Shown: positions 12,686 through 25,805 of the stretch, piece by piece
How the letters are laid out: each line of letters begins with the position of its first letter
Numbering within the stretch: position 1 is the stretch's first letter
Origin: Octopus bimaculoides
Taxonomy: Eukaryota
NCBI RefSeq assembly: GCF_001194135.2
Contig: NC_068986.1
Location: 100,836,020-100,900,019 of the forward strand
Direction of reading: 5' to 3'
Length of the DNA stretch: 64,000 nucleotides
Program-made: the position numbers and the translations under genes
The notes under the pieces: model-generated
Told to the model about the DNA's origin: nothing
Seen by the model: the letters and a program-made list of their open reading frames with translations, nothing else
Database searches by the model: none

Positions 12686-12761
<76 letters not shown>

Positions 12762-12782
12762 TAATAATAATAATAATAATAC
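12661..12782. repeat. Compound (GCT)(ACT)n(AAT)n trinucleotide array
   Basis: Direct reading. Confidence 0.95.
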
Positions 12783-12999
12783 AAGTATAAATTTTTTGGC
12801 ACGAGAAAACAGCAGATGTGTTCCATACGCAAAACCAAAAAAATATGATGATCTAAACAAAGGATTGGAAGTTTCTCTTTTCGTCTTGCACAGAAAATCC
12901 AAGAAAATATAAGTGAATACCGGAGGAATGTGTCTGTATTCTACACGCTAATTTGACTGCGATCAGTCTACCTACAATTTAAAATAAAACAGTGCTAAT

Positions 13000-14000
13000 C
13001 TTATACAGCCAGAACTAAGAGTAACTCAGATCTGGATATATCAATGAACCCCAACAAACTAGCTAAGTTGAGGCGGTACATTTCCGAAACGAAGAAGTTA
13101 TAAAAAATTTTAATTGGAGCATTTAGAATTTAAAAGATACATTACGAAATCACAAATCATGGTCATAAAATATGTAACAGTACTAAGAAAGATGGAGATA
13201 GACCTAAACCACACAATCTAATGTAGGACAGAACAATTATGATTAGAAAAACAAGAACACCAAACCAGAAAGAAATAATCTTTCAATTCTTATTGAAATT
13301 ATTCAAAAAACTTTTTATAAAAAGAGAAAAGGGACGAAAATGTTACAGAAATACAAACTCTCTAAACAACGTCTACATCAGATCAAACAAAATATCCTCG
13401 GCAAAGCATAAAGAACCCGTTGGTAGGAATAGCACCGACGATTATATGACCGAAATAGAACCAAAACAATCCATGGAAGAATTCGGCAAAAATAGAGACC
13501 ATTGCAGTGCGAAGAGTACGAGTAGGAAGAGAGTGTTGTGAAGTACTCCAGGAAATAGTAATTAAACAAACCAAATAGCTGGAAAGTACCAGGACTTGAG
13601 TTGGTAGTATGGCTTGATTGCAAAAGAAAATGCTACGTCCTTACTAGCAATTAATGCTTGCTTACCAGTTTCCAGTAATGTTTTTAATATGTAAGTTGGT
13701 CTTTCGAATTGTGATACACCGCTTCGTGTAGTCGGTATTTAAGCAACGCGTCAATATTTGATGGTTGTATGCGGTGCTGATGACAGAGTAATAACACTTA
13801 AAATATCCATATACATACAACCATTGCCTATTTTTTCTATCTTCGATCACATTGTTTCGAAGCATCGTAATTTGCAATGTTGGCTTTGGTTCAATAGGAA
13901 ATCTAAAGAGATACACTTCAAATAACGGGCAGCAAGCAGCACAGCTAGGCACCACACACAATTCACCTACAGAATTTTGAAGAAACATATTATCCCCAAT
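13000..14000. mobile_element. Rearranged RTE-type LINE relic with plus, minus and plus segments
   Basis: Plus strand: NSWKVPGLELVVWL (~13574-13615), like NWKxPGxDxxxxFWLK. Minus strand 13645-13920: QWL..G.FK..ISTAYNHQILTR, like WLxxGxLKxETEGFIxAAQDQxLxTR. Plus strand ~13930-13955: QQAAQLGTTH, like the ORF end IQKxxLLGTAH. All segments are highly degenerate. Confidence 0.45.
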
Positions 14001-14080
14001 AGAAACCATTGTTCAAACCCAAAGCACAGAGAGCTGCACTCGGTGGTGCACAGGAAGCATGTATTAAAAATAAAACTACC

Positions 14081-14081
14081 G

Positions 14082-14117
<36 letters not shown>

Positions 14118-14315
14118 GATGCTGCTGCTGCTGCTACTGCTGCCGCTACTACTACTACTACTCCAACTGCTGCTGCCGCTACTACTACTACTACTCCTAC
14201 TGCTGCGGCTGCTACTACTAATACTACTGCTGCTGCTGCTGCTACTACTACCACTACTACTACTAGTAGTGTTACTGCTGCTGATGATGATGATAAAACA
14301 ACAACAATAATAATA
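14081..14315. repeat. Compound (ACT)/(GCT) trinucleotide array with a duplicated ~33-bp higher-order unit
   Basis: actgctgc(t)gccgctactactactactactcc occurs twice in tandem inside the array. Confidence 0.9.
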
Positions 14316-14324
14316 CTGGGTACA

Positions 14325-14430
14325 AATTTCGGCATAATGCCAGTAATTTCGGGGGTGGTGTTAAGTCGACTACATTAACATGGGTGCTTAACTGGTACAT
14401 TAATCTGTCGACTTTCGCGGGTGTCAAGTT
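14325..14430 (-). mobile_element. Degenerate SINE family A 3' fragment
   Basis: taagtcgactacattaacatgggtgcttaactggtaca resembles the reverse complement of the family A 3' body. Confidence 0.45.
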
Positions 14431-14644
14431 CCAAAACTCTCTGCGATGGGTGAAAATCTGCGAAGTAGAGTAAGTACTGTACTGTATATTTTCAAATATT
14501 ATTTCTTTAATTGTATATATTTATTTCATTATAAATGTAAAACGACACAGTACAGAGGAACCGACGTAAGCCTACTAAAATAAAACAAAAAAAAACGTGA
14601 TAGGTGAAACACGAAAGGCGAACCGCGATATGGTGAGGTGTTTC

Positions 14645-14765
14645 TGTACTTATTTGATTGACGCACAAAGGATGAGAGATCAAAGCGACCTCGGCGGAAT
14701 TTATACACAGATCGTAATAACGGGCAAACTTAAATTATGTCTAACCTGCTAACAATTCCGTTCGT
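14645..14765 (-). mobile_element. Degenerate SINE family A copy
   Basis: gtacttatttgattgacgcacaaaggatgagagatcaaagcgacctcggcggaattt matches the reverse complement of family A. Confidence 0.65.
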
Positions 14766-15997
14766 TCAAAGAAGAAAGGAATAAGAAAAAGTATAAGAAA
14801 GCAGTTGAGCAACAGGAAGAGAAGAAAAGTGAACAGAAGTAATTTTAATAGGTATTATATTATATCGTTCATGTTATATCCTTGAAGATATTTGACTTTC
14901 GTTCTGCACTCGTTAAATTGTATTATATGTGATTTCATAACATTGTCGACATTCGTTCATCTTTCCAAATCACTTTGTATGTAGACGTTACAGCCCCTTA
15001 CGCAACCAAACATTGTCTAACGATATTTTGTTTGCATATGTTATACATGACATTGCATATCTGCTGTGTGCAATTAAAACTTTTGATTAAAACAAAACGG
15101 TGTGGTTCTATGACATATCAAAATGTCATCAACTTTTGCTTCATTATTGATTTCTAACGTTAGCATACGTCCAGATCCTTAGAGTGGGGTCATATTTGAT
15201 GAAATTGACCTATTACTTAAATATAATTCATTTTAGCAACTATAAACAGGAGAATCGACCTCTAACGGCATTTGAACATGAAACATAATGGTTTAGCTAA
15301 TGTAATCTGTTAGCAAAGAATTTTTCTTCGATATTTGAACAATATCGCCATCCATTGACCTGGATGAAAAACGATATGAAACGAGAATGACGCAACGTTG
15401 TCATTTCCTCCCCTACCTTTCCATTTCTATATAATCACCATCATCTCCATGCCATTCATCATCGTCGCCATAATATCCATCATTGTAAACATCAAAAGTT
15501 TTCTTCCTCTTGACGTTGTAATCAAGATGTCATCATTTATATCTCAATCGACAATCTTAAACATAACTCTCTTTTGAACATTATAATCACTAGCATCGTG
15601 TATGCATTTATTGTCAATATAATCTCACTTTCATCACTCCGCCTTCTTAAGTTCATTTTAACAAACGAAACTATACTCTAATTAAATACACTAAATCCAA
15701 AATCGCTTATATCAACATATATAACAGTTTTAAGTTTACTTGGATTTAGTTGCCGTACAATATTATAGCATATGAAATATGAATGTTATAGAGAAAAACG
15801 ACCACAAAAATGCTTCGGGCAGATAATCCTGTACAGTGAGCAAAATAGACTTGAAATCACTGTTGCAGGATAGCTCGAATTTTGAAAGGTGATTTCTACT
15901 ACAGCCAGGGCTCGTTAAACAGTATTTGTTACACGGAATATGTATGGAAGCCTGCATACACGCACACGAAGGCAAGTCCAATCGCAAGTTCGCGTGC

Positions 15998-16072
15998 ACA
16001 CAACAACACACACACACACACACACACACGCACGTACACACAAACACACGCACACACTCACTCACTTGCTCA
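15998..16072. repeat. (CA)n microsatellite
   Basis: Direct reading. Confidence 0.9.
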
Positions 16073-16145
16073 CTGTCTGTCTCACGCAGACTTACATACA
16101 CACACTTGTATTCCAGTACAAACAAATCAAAATGTCTACTACATA

Positions 16146-16519
16146 GGCGCAGGAGTGGGTGTGTGGTAAGTAGCTTGCTTACGAACCACATGCTTCGCGG
16201 TTCAGTCTCACTGCGTGGCAACTTGAGCAACTGTCTTCTACAATAGCCTCAGGCCGACCAAATCCTTGTGAGTGAATGTGGTGGACGGAAACTGAAAGAA
16301 GCCCGTCTTATATATATNNNNNNNNNNATATGTTTGTGTGTCTGTGTTTGTCTCCCCAACATCGCTTGACAACCGATACTCGTGTTTTTACGTCCCCGTA
16401 ACTTATCGGTTAGGCAATAGAACTTATAGAAGAAGTCCTGGGGTCGATCTGCTCGACTAAAAGGCGGTGCTCCAGCATGGCCACAATCAAATGACTGAAA
16501 CAAGTAAAAGATAAAAGAT
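16146..16519 (+). mobile_element. SINE family C, full length, with internal (TA)/(TG) tract
   Basis: Head ggcgcaggagtgggtgtgtggtaag (A box) and ggttcagtctc (B-box-like). Body ends ggcggtgctccagcatggcc..caaatgactgaaacaagtaaaagataaaagata. Homologous to copies at 25806, 28700 and 42910. Confidence 0.88.
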
Positions 16520-17999
16520 AAACATCTAAACTGATTCACTGGCTTCGACGATCTGGATGTCATATGTCTCGTAATATCAATATCCGAACGACAAAGAATG
16601 CTTCTGCGCATGGTTCATCCTTCATATTCTACCGTATGCCAGTCAGAAGCTGATCCATTTCATAATTTATCAAACCAGTCTCCTTTAGTTTTGAAGAATT
16701 CTTTTTTTTCTTCACTTGACAACGCTAATTATTGTTTGAACAATACTATCGAGAAGAACGCCTTAATATAGCATTCCCAATTTCCATCCACTACATACAT
16801 TGCGCATGAGTTCTTGAAATATGTTTCATTCAAGTACATAATGGACAAAATCTTGAACACATTCACAGAATATCCAAAGCTACCTCAATTGCTTGACAGC
16901 AACAAATTCGTGCACTTGTGCAATATTCATTATATTATCTCCAAATATTACACTTGTAAGTTAGTTTTTATATATATANNNNNNNNNNNNNNNNNNNNNN
17001 NNNNNNNNNNNNNNNNNNNNNNNNNNNNNNNNNNNNNNNNNNNNNNNNNNNNNNNNNNNNNNNNNNNNNNNNNNNNNNNNNNNNNNNNNNNNNNNNNNNN
17101 NNNNNNNNNNNNNNNNNNNNNNNNNNNNNNNNNNNNNNNNNNNNNNNNNNNNNNNNNNNNNNNNNNNNNNNNNNNNNNNNNNNNNNNNNNNNNNNNNNNN
17201 NNNNNNNNNNNNNNNNNNNNNNNNNNNNNNNNNNNNNNNNNNNNTATATATATATATGTCAACCCATTGTTTTCTTCTCTGTTACCATCTAGGATTCGTA
17301 ATGTACTGCAATGCATCAACTGACTACAAAGAGGAAAATATCCGGGTTTTGTCAAATATCATCCGAACGTCATGGCAAAATCTTGTAATGGAAGCAGTTG
17401 TTAATATCGAAGCAGTTATTAATATCGACTCTCTCCTATAACTTTAGCCCCTCTCTCCAATGAACTCCAGTAGGTCTAGTATAATGATGTAAAGCTGAAT
17501 ATGGTGTCGACGATCTATACTACGTCATTCGTTCATATATTTTCACCCTGACTAAAGCGATAAGTAAATTTGTTGCACCCGTTTCACTTTCTAGTGCGTA
17601 GTAGTTACGTAGACTGAGGTGATTTTATCAATCCTTGCAAACATCAACATTAGAATAGTAGAAAACGCCTGACTGGTTTCTTGGCAACTTTTAACGAACG
17701 CGCTATTAGTCATCAGATTCCATATAAAATGTAAATATAACTGATATTACTAAGAGAACAATTGCTTTATTGCTATAACCACTATCATTTTAGTGATTTT
17801 TTTGGTCGATAATGTTTAGTGCAGGTCGTCTGCTATGAAGTAACTTCATTTTGACTAGTATTACTATATATAGCTGTCATGCTTTGTTTTTTTCAATCGA
17901 ATATTATATAGCGCTGTATTATTATGTATTCCTTGTTTAAGAAAATAATCTGTTATGCATTAATTCGGAGTATCAATTACAGGTGATCAAGTAGCCGCA

Positions 18000-18660
18000 T
18001 AAGTCGTTTGGTGGCATTTTCCATAATTCCTTGTGTATTGATGTTAATTGTAGGGTATCTCGTGAGTCAGAATAAAGAATCATATAGCATTTAGATTTGT
18101 CAGTCAAGGTACTGAATTTGAATACTCTTGGATGTTCTAAAATTTTGTGTCAGTTGGCTATGTCTGATAAGATATATGCCAAGGGGTTTTTGTTTTTAGA
18201 AAAGCATTGTTGATATTGAATTCGGCCAGGCGATTCTATTCTTGGTTTTTTATTTGGTTAGTTTGGAGGAAGTGGGTAGAACTCATAACCTCTGTAGGCC
18301 ATGCGAAAGTGATGCTGATATGTTCTGGCCGAACTGTTGTGTACAAACAACTGCATAAAAGACATAGACAGGGATGGAAATTCTAGCGGAAACTATTTTG
18401 GGGTAGATGGGATGGGAATATTCAGAAATACGTAAAAAATGGATTGGACGCTCCATGGTAGCAAATGTTAAAAAGAGGATGGCTTGAGCAGGTCAGAGTG
18501 GTGGTGGTAGCCAGATTGTAGGAGCAGAGATATAAAACAACGCGTATGAGAAATAGTAGCTGGAGTTAGTACTGTAGTGCCAATTGTCCGTCCGCCAATT
18601 CGAGATGTTATTAAGTACATTAGCAGTACCAACTCAGGTGTAGGAAAAGGCATCAATTTT
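18000..18660 (-). mobile_element. Possible LINE apurinic endonuclease (APE) relic
   Basis: Minus-strand hand translation gives weak motifs in the right order: YISAPT (YAPT), LAEFNINN (GDFNA) and LDHL..LRI (SDH). Very degenerate. Confidence 0.35.
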
Positions 18661-20668
18661 TTACCTTATTCGACGTTTGTAGAATGTGATCAGCTATAAG
18701 AGCCAAAAAAAAAATCTCATTCTAAGAGGAGAATAATCCTCTCGATTCAGTTCTAACTATATTCAACATGTGTTTCGCAAGCAGAGATCCTCGTTAATAT
18801 TGAAACTCAACATATTGAGCAATTGTGGTTCCGTTCTCTGAGAACTGATCATGTAAGAAGGAATGTATTGTATTGATGCATTTTAGATATGTGTAGTACT
18901 TGAGTTATAACCATTGCCGCTAAAATGCAATTACTGTATAGCCCCATTGAAAAGACTCCCACTGTCTCCGTTTATGAAGTCATTGCAGTTCTGGTCTACT
19001 CGTGGTTCCGTTTAGGTTCAGTATCGATGATGGATGGTTACCGAAGGTTAGACAGAAATAAATTTCCCGTATGTGTTGAATATTACAGCAATAAGAGTGT
19101 GGTTGTTCTTCAAATATAAGGCACACGACATCGAATTTTGGGCACTGTACAGTTTGTTGACTGATTTGGCGGGAAGCTCCATTGTTTGTTTCAACGGATG
19201 TCGGCAAGGTGAGCCGTTATATTGATACTTTTGCTGGTGTAGATTTTACAGGTGTTGACAGAAGATAGCTGTAGGATTTTATCGTAGATTTTTGCGCTTC
19301 CTGATGTTTCGTAACTATATTAAATGCGTAGAGCATAAGCATTAAATACAACATATATAGACAAGATATAGAATGCATAGGAGGATAGTATAGACTCTAT
19401 AATATAGAGTGTGATTTAGAGATCTGTGGATATATGTAGCAACCCACGATACATAGGAAACATTTTAAATCGTATTCCTCATGTCATAGGCAGGTATTTC
19501 ATATATATTTATTCTTTAAAGATGACTTTTATAAATGTATTTCACTAAGCTTATTGCCATCTTACCCAATAACTGACCTTCAAATATTCATAATCAGATC
19601 TAAACTTCCGATGAAATATATTTGTAAAATTTTAATTGCTTAGGTATGTACGCATGTATGTATGCATGCGCCTGAGTGCACCTGTGTCTGTGTATGTGTG
19701 TATCTGTGTGTGTTTGTGGGCGTTTGTGCGCACACTTTTAGAATAATGAATTAGCAGGCGTTCGTATTGCATGATATGAAGAAATACTACATCTCTTTTG
19801 TACAACACTATAATGAACAATTATATTTTCCATTGCTGTAACTTCATGCACAGTATTGCAGTTAAATATATCCTGAAATATTGCAAAGCCGTCACGACTC
19901 AATATTTCATATATTCTAATTTTACATATCTGCAGTTATATCACCAACTACAACAAGAAAAAATAGCGGTGACAAAATCCGCAGCAACTCAAATATTCAT
20001 AGCAACAATAATATATTAATTCCAGTCTTACCAATGAAGAAAACGTTTTTATGACCTCTCTGACATAGGACTTATTAAACACTAAATTTATTCACTGTAA
20101 ACCTACAACTCGAAGTATAATCGATGTATCACGATCTATATTCATATTTCTGAAGGCTCAAACAGCAAAACAATTTCACCTTAAAGCAAACTTATTCAGC
20201 TACATTTACGAAAGCAGATTAGCAAAGATATAATTCCTTGATCCATAATTTTATGAAAACGTTTATCAAAATCATTCATATTCTATTGAATAATTCATCA
20301 ATAGATTTTTATAAGGTTTTCTGTACAAATATTGTATGTAAACATTGAAAACTGATATTCTCTTTTTAGTTTATGATTTAGCAATATTATCAGGCACGAA
20401 ATATGTAGCTATTAAACACGACAACTACTGAACGTTGACCTGTGTTTAAAGTCTTTGAATTATTACTAAGCACGCGTGAGATTAAATAAAAACACTACCA
20501 ACTTATAAATTGAAACTTGTGATTCACTATATTTAGACTGGGATATGTGTGGATGTATAGTCAGGTCGGGGCAGATCGGAATATTGTTGATTTTGTGTCT
20601 GCACAATTTTATGAAACTTCTATTGTTAAAATTCAGTCATACACAAATATACATAATTTACAAATTAG

Positions 20669-20699
<31 letters not shown>

Positions 20700-21039
20700 N
20701 NNNNNNNNNNNNNNNNNNNNNNNNNNNNNNNNNNNNNNNNNNNNNNNNNNNNNNNNNNNNNNNNNNNNNNNNNNNNNNNNNNNNNNNNNNNNNNNNNNNN
20801 NNNNNNNNNNNNNNNNNNNNNNNNNNNNNNNNNNNNNNNNNNNNNNNNNNNTATATGGAAAAAAGACAAAGTAGAAAATGCTAAAATACTTTTATAAAGA
20901 ACATTACAGTACCAGTTTCGATCTTTGAGATCTTTGCAACAGTAAATATGAATAATAAAGTTTTGAAAAATTATTGAAAGATTAAATTTTGGTAAATTTA
21001 AAAGAACAGTCTTTCTAAAGACATATTTGTATAGTATTC

Positions 21040-22370
21040 AAATAAGAGGGCAATTTTTCATGTTCCTGCCTGTCTCTGTTTCACTTGTTAACTCTTGTGG
21101 CGAACCCACAAGAGTTAAAAAGTGACGCAAGTGTCATGAATACAATGTTTCAACTAAAGAATAAGTATAAGACGACATGTATGCACCCTGGTTCTAAGAA
21201 ATGATATCTTATAGATTACATCCTCACCAGGAAACGAGTTGCTAGGGACTTTGCTATTGTACAAATAATGCGTGGTGCAGAGTGCTGGACCGACCATAGG
21301 GTTTTGCGTGTCAAGGTGAATTTTGTTATCAAGACTTATGTTACGGCAAATAACGACATGCTACCTATACGGATGATGTCAATAAAATTAAGATTCTGTC
21401 AGTATGCAGTGAGTTTATGAGTGGCATAAATAATTTGTCCCGTGATGAATGTTGGAAGTAATTCAAAGAAAGAGTATACAAGGTTTGTAGAAACATTCTT
21501 GGTTTTGTTAAAAAAAAAAAAAAAAAAAAAAAAGCAGCAAGATTGGTTTAAAGAATGATGAAGTTAGTCTTGTCTTAGAGGAGAAGCGAAGGGTATTTAA
21601 TATGTTGCAAAATGTTGGCATGTCAGCGAACAGGAGAGGGGCTACATATTTCTGGGCAGTAAAAGCAACAGTGCAGAGGAAGCTGCGGGGGATGCAGGAA
21701 AATGTGTGGTGTGATAGATGTGATGAAATCCAAGAAGCTGCAAATGCTAAAAATTCCAATTTTTTACTGTCCCTTGAAATAAGTTTGAGGACGAGTTTCA
21801 TCAAAAGTTGCGTCGCTTCGGAGCAAGGATGGCACAGAATTATTAACAAATCCTAAATATACTGTTGGGAGATGGAAACAACATTTTGATGAGTTGCTCA
21901 ATAGACGCACAGAAGTTGACATCTCTTTTCTTGATAATATACCTGCGAGACCAATACAACATCTTATAGCAGAAGTTCCAAAACTGACTGTCATAAAAGC
22001 AGTAATCAGGAAATTGAACAATCGAAACGTCCTTGGTATGGATGGACTAGGTGCAGAGACATATAAATATGGGGGTGACCATCTCTGTACAATGTTGACA
22101 GATGTGATTCAGATAGTCTGGCATAGTAAAGAGGTTCCTCGGATTGGTGTGATGCAACTATGGAGATACTATATAAATCTGAAGCTGGAAAGGATATCTG
22201 TGATAATTATGGGGAAGGGTGTGCCTCTCAGCTGGAGGTCTGAAAAGACATGTTGAGAGAGCGCATATGGTGGCACTTGTTTCTCCTGCCAGCCAGCACA
22301 GTTGTCTAGTATGTTATAAGATGTGTACAAGTTTGGCTGGCCTTAAAAGTCATATAAGGGCGTCAGATGG
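21040..22370 (+). mobile_element. RTE-clade (BovB-like) LINE relic: endonuclease and linker joined directly to the C-terminal zinc fingers
   Basis: NTMFQLKNKYKTTCMHPGSKK*YLIDYILTRKR...MRGAECWTDHRV; DWFK; RWKQHFDELLNR; GMDGLGAETYKYGG; DICDNY. The sequence then jumps to GRVCLSAGGLKRHVERAH and CLVCYKMCTSLAGLKSHIR. Confidence 0.88.
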
Positions 22371-22618
22371 CATCAATAATGAATCATTTCAGCAAGTATT
22401 TTTGGTAATAGCTTTTCTTGCCTACCGAGGGTGCGTGCATATATACATACATATATACATACATGCATACATACATACATAAATACATACATACATACAT
22501 AAACACATATATATATACACAAATATATATAATATATATCTATATATATGTATATATATATATATCTNNNNNNNNNNNNNNNNNNNNNNNNNNNNNNNNN
22601 NNNNNNNNNNNNNNNNNN

Positions 22619-22681
<63 letters not shown>

Positions 22682-23375
22682 GTGTGTGTGTGTGTATTTA
22701 TGTATGTATGTATGTACGCTGAAGCATATATAAACGAGAATAGGTGCACACAATGGTAAATGGCATTCGTCATTGAGTATTCTCATAACAAACATACTTC
22801 TGGGTACCTTCTGAATGCATGAAATAAATTATAATTGACTTTCATTATTACATAATCAAGGCAAGAGTATCTTTTTCTTCCAAAACCCATACACAAGCAT
22901 GCGCGCAGGCAGACATACATATGTATATATTACTTTTATTTGTACTTGGGTTGCATCTTTGACAATAAATAGGTACCTAGTGATATTTCACGTTGTTTGT
23001 ATCGAACTGATTATAGAAATATTGTGTTGTAACACAAATCGGTTTGATGTTTCCTTTCGTGTTCAAGCGCTTCATTTCAACTTCAATTCATAAGAATTTC
23101 ATCCTATATTCTCTCTCATTTCATTATTTGGACCGAAATATATACTTAAGTATTGATGATGCATATGCATTAAATAACATACCTCAACGTACAAAGATAC
23201 GCACATATTGTACACGCAGAGACACACACATACCCACAGTTACACACATGCAATCTCACTCACACACACACATGTACACACGCAAACATACACACCCACC
23301 ACGCTTTAGCACAATTTCCCAGCATTTTCTGTTGTTGCTGGCGTCGCCGGAATGGAATTAATATTATCGTTAAAG

Positions 23376-23610
23376 GGCGGCGAGCTGGCAGAAGCGTTAG
23401 TACGCCGAACGAAATGTTTAGCGGTATTTCGTCTGCCGTTACGTTCTGAGTTCAAATTACCTCGAGGTCGACTTTGCCTTTCATCCTTTCGCGGTGGATT
23501 AAATAATTACCAGGTACGCCCTGAGGTCAATGTAATTGACATAATCCCTTTGTCTGCCCTTCTTTGCCCCCTCTGTTTTTAGCCCCTTGTGGGGAATAAA
23601 GAAAGAAATA
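23376..23610 (+). mobile_element. SINE family A, full length
   Basis: ggcggcgagctggcagaagcgttag (A box), gagttcaaatt (B box), gaggtcgactttgcctttcatcctttc, and tail gccccttgtggggaataaagaaagaaata. Confidence 0.9.
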
Positions 23611-24347
23611 TTATCGTTCAAGTCGAGGATTTGCGTTTGACCGTCCGATTTATAACTAATGACGAATTGTTTGCCGTCTGTGTGTGTTTTCTGGGTTTTG
23701 TGCAGTTATTATTTTTACCTGGTACATACGGATAAAATACATGCAAACTTATGTGTGTANNNNNNNNNNNNNNNNNNNNNNNNNNNNNNNNNNNNNNNNN
23801 NNNNNNNNNNNNNNNNNNNNNNNNNNNNNNNNNNNNNNNNNNNNNNNNNNNNNNNNNNNNNNNGTGTGTGTGTGTGTGTGCGTGTATGCATATATATAAT
23901 GAAAACAAAAAATCGAACAAGAACGTAATAGGCGACAACAAATCAATCGGAGAGTAGGTGATACAAAAAAGGGCAGCAAAAGAACATTCGGTGCTTTCAA
24001 TCTTCAGTCGAGAAGCAGATCGTCTTTGCAGTTTCGGCCGGTGTATCTCGAGACTACTCTAATATTGCCGGCCCCAAGGAAATGTAAGCCAAGAGCACTA
24101 AATGCTTTGGAAGATAGCAAGCGAATATATACGACAACAAGGATGAAAGGGGAACACAGAGGGAGAAATAGTATACAATTATAAATACAAAAAAAAAAAC
24201 AAGATAGACATTAACAACAAGTGACTTTCGACTAGGGACGAATTAAATTAAGCTGGCGTGTGTGGAATTGAAAGCCTTGTGGCAGGAACATCGAGGATTA
24301 AAGTCAACGGAAGAAATACGAGAGATGCTACACGGATGATGTACATA

Positions 24348-24374
24348 TAGATAGATAGATAGATAGACAGATAG

Positions 24375-24443
<69 letters not shown>

Positions 24444-24445
24444 AA
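24348..24445. repeat. (GATA)n then (GA)n array
   Basis: Direct reading. Confidence 0.95.
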
Positions 24446-25187
24446 GATAATTGTATGATATACAATTATAATTTAGGGCACAGAATCTACCATGCTGATA
24501 TGCTGAAAATAGACTCCAAATACGTCCAACCATTGCAGATATTCACTCCACGTATACAGAGATTGAATGCGAGAAAGCAGACTGATTAAGAGTTCATAAG
24601 AGAATTTAAATAGTCTTGTATTGCTCAATTTCTGGATTTGTTTGATTAGTTTTCCTTCATCATCAAAACATACCGAGCGAAGTAAATAAAAGTAAATAAA
24701 TATATATATAGAAACATACCCATACAAAAGCACACGCAATATACTAGTACATAGAAACATTCACAAATATATACGTATCTTTACTATTCTGACCAATTAC
24801 ATACGTTTTGAAGTTGTCTACGAAATTCGATGCGTATATATTTGTGAATATTTGAATGTACTCGCATTTTGCGATGCTTTTCTATAAATGTTTTCTTTAA
24901 TTTCGCTCAGTATGTTTTGCTGATGTAGGAAAATCTATCAAACTAATCCAGAAATTGATCAATCCAAAACCATCTGAATTAGTTTATGACTTTTTAATTC
25001 AGCTGCTTTCCCGCTTTCAATCTATGTATATATGTGTTGTGAATATTTACAATGGTTGGATGTATTTGACATCTATTTTCAGCATCTATTCATGGTTGCT
25101 CCTGTGTCCTTAAGTATAATTGCATCCTATTATATAATTATATATATAATTGCATCCGATTATATATCTATGTATATGTACTTCGTG

Positions 25188-25221
<34 letters not shown>

Positions 25222-25224
<3 letters not shown>

Positions 25225-25303
25225 TACATACAAAAATAAGAGGAATGACCAGCAATAGTGGACTCCTGTATGCTGGTCATTCCTCTTATTTTTGTATGTA
25301 ATA
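25222..25303. repeat. Perfect 33-bp inverted repeat with a 16-nt spacer
   Basis: tattacatacaaaaataagaggaatgaccagca (25222-25254) is the exact reverse complement of 25271-25303. Confidence 0.95.
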
Positions 25304-25805
25304 TAATTTTAATCTTCGGATTTTTTTTAATATGCTAGTCCACTGGTTTTAATTGATTAATATCAATTTCTACCCTAATTAATAAATGTATATATATATA
25401 TATATGTATATATATATGTGTGTGTGTGTGTATGTATGTATATATGTATGTATGTATGTATGTATATATGTATATATGTATGTGTGCCTTTGTGTACCCG
25501 CCGGTATAAAGGCTTGTGTTTTCATCTACTGAATATTAATTTCATATGCGTTGAGAATAACTTTCTCGTTACAATTTTGAGGATATGTGTGTATTTTTCT
25601 ATAACAATATAAATTAATTATATGCTTATATCTTGTACGCAAATTGATAGATATGAGGAATGTTTGATAAGTTGTCTTAAATTCAAATTACTGGTAAAAG
25701 AAATTCACTTTGTTCAACTTTCGTTTGCGTAAATATTCTACTTTCCCAATTTATATTGATGGTGCATTGTTACACAACCCGTATATCTTACATATATAGG
25801 CATAT

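Noticed and set aside
13977-14378. Thr/Ala-rich ORF resembling an antifreeze glycoprotein or mucin (TTTTTPTAAAA repeats)
   Set aside because: It starts at TTG, has no signal peptide, and is simply the translation of an (ACT)/(GCT) array. Similar arrays give poly-L, poly-V and poly-I ORFs elsewhere in the window.
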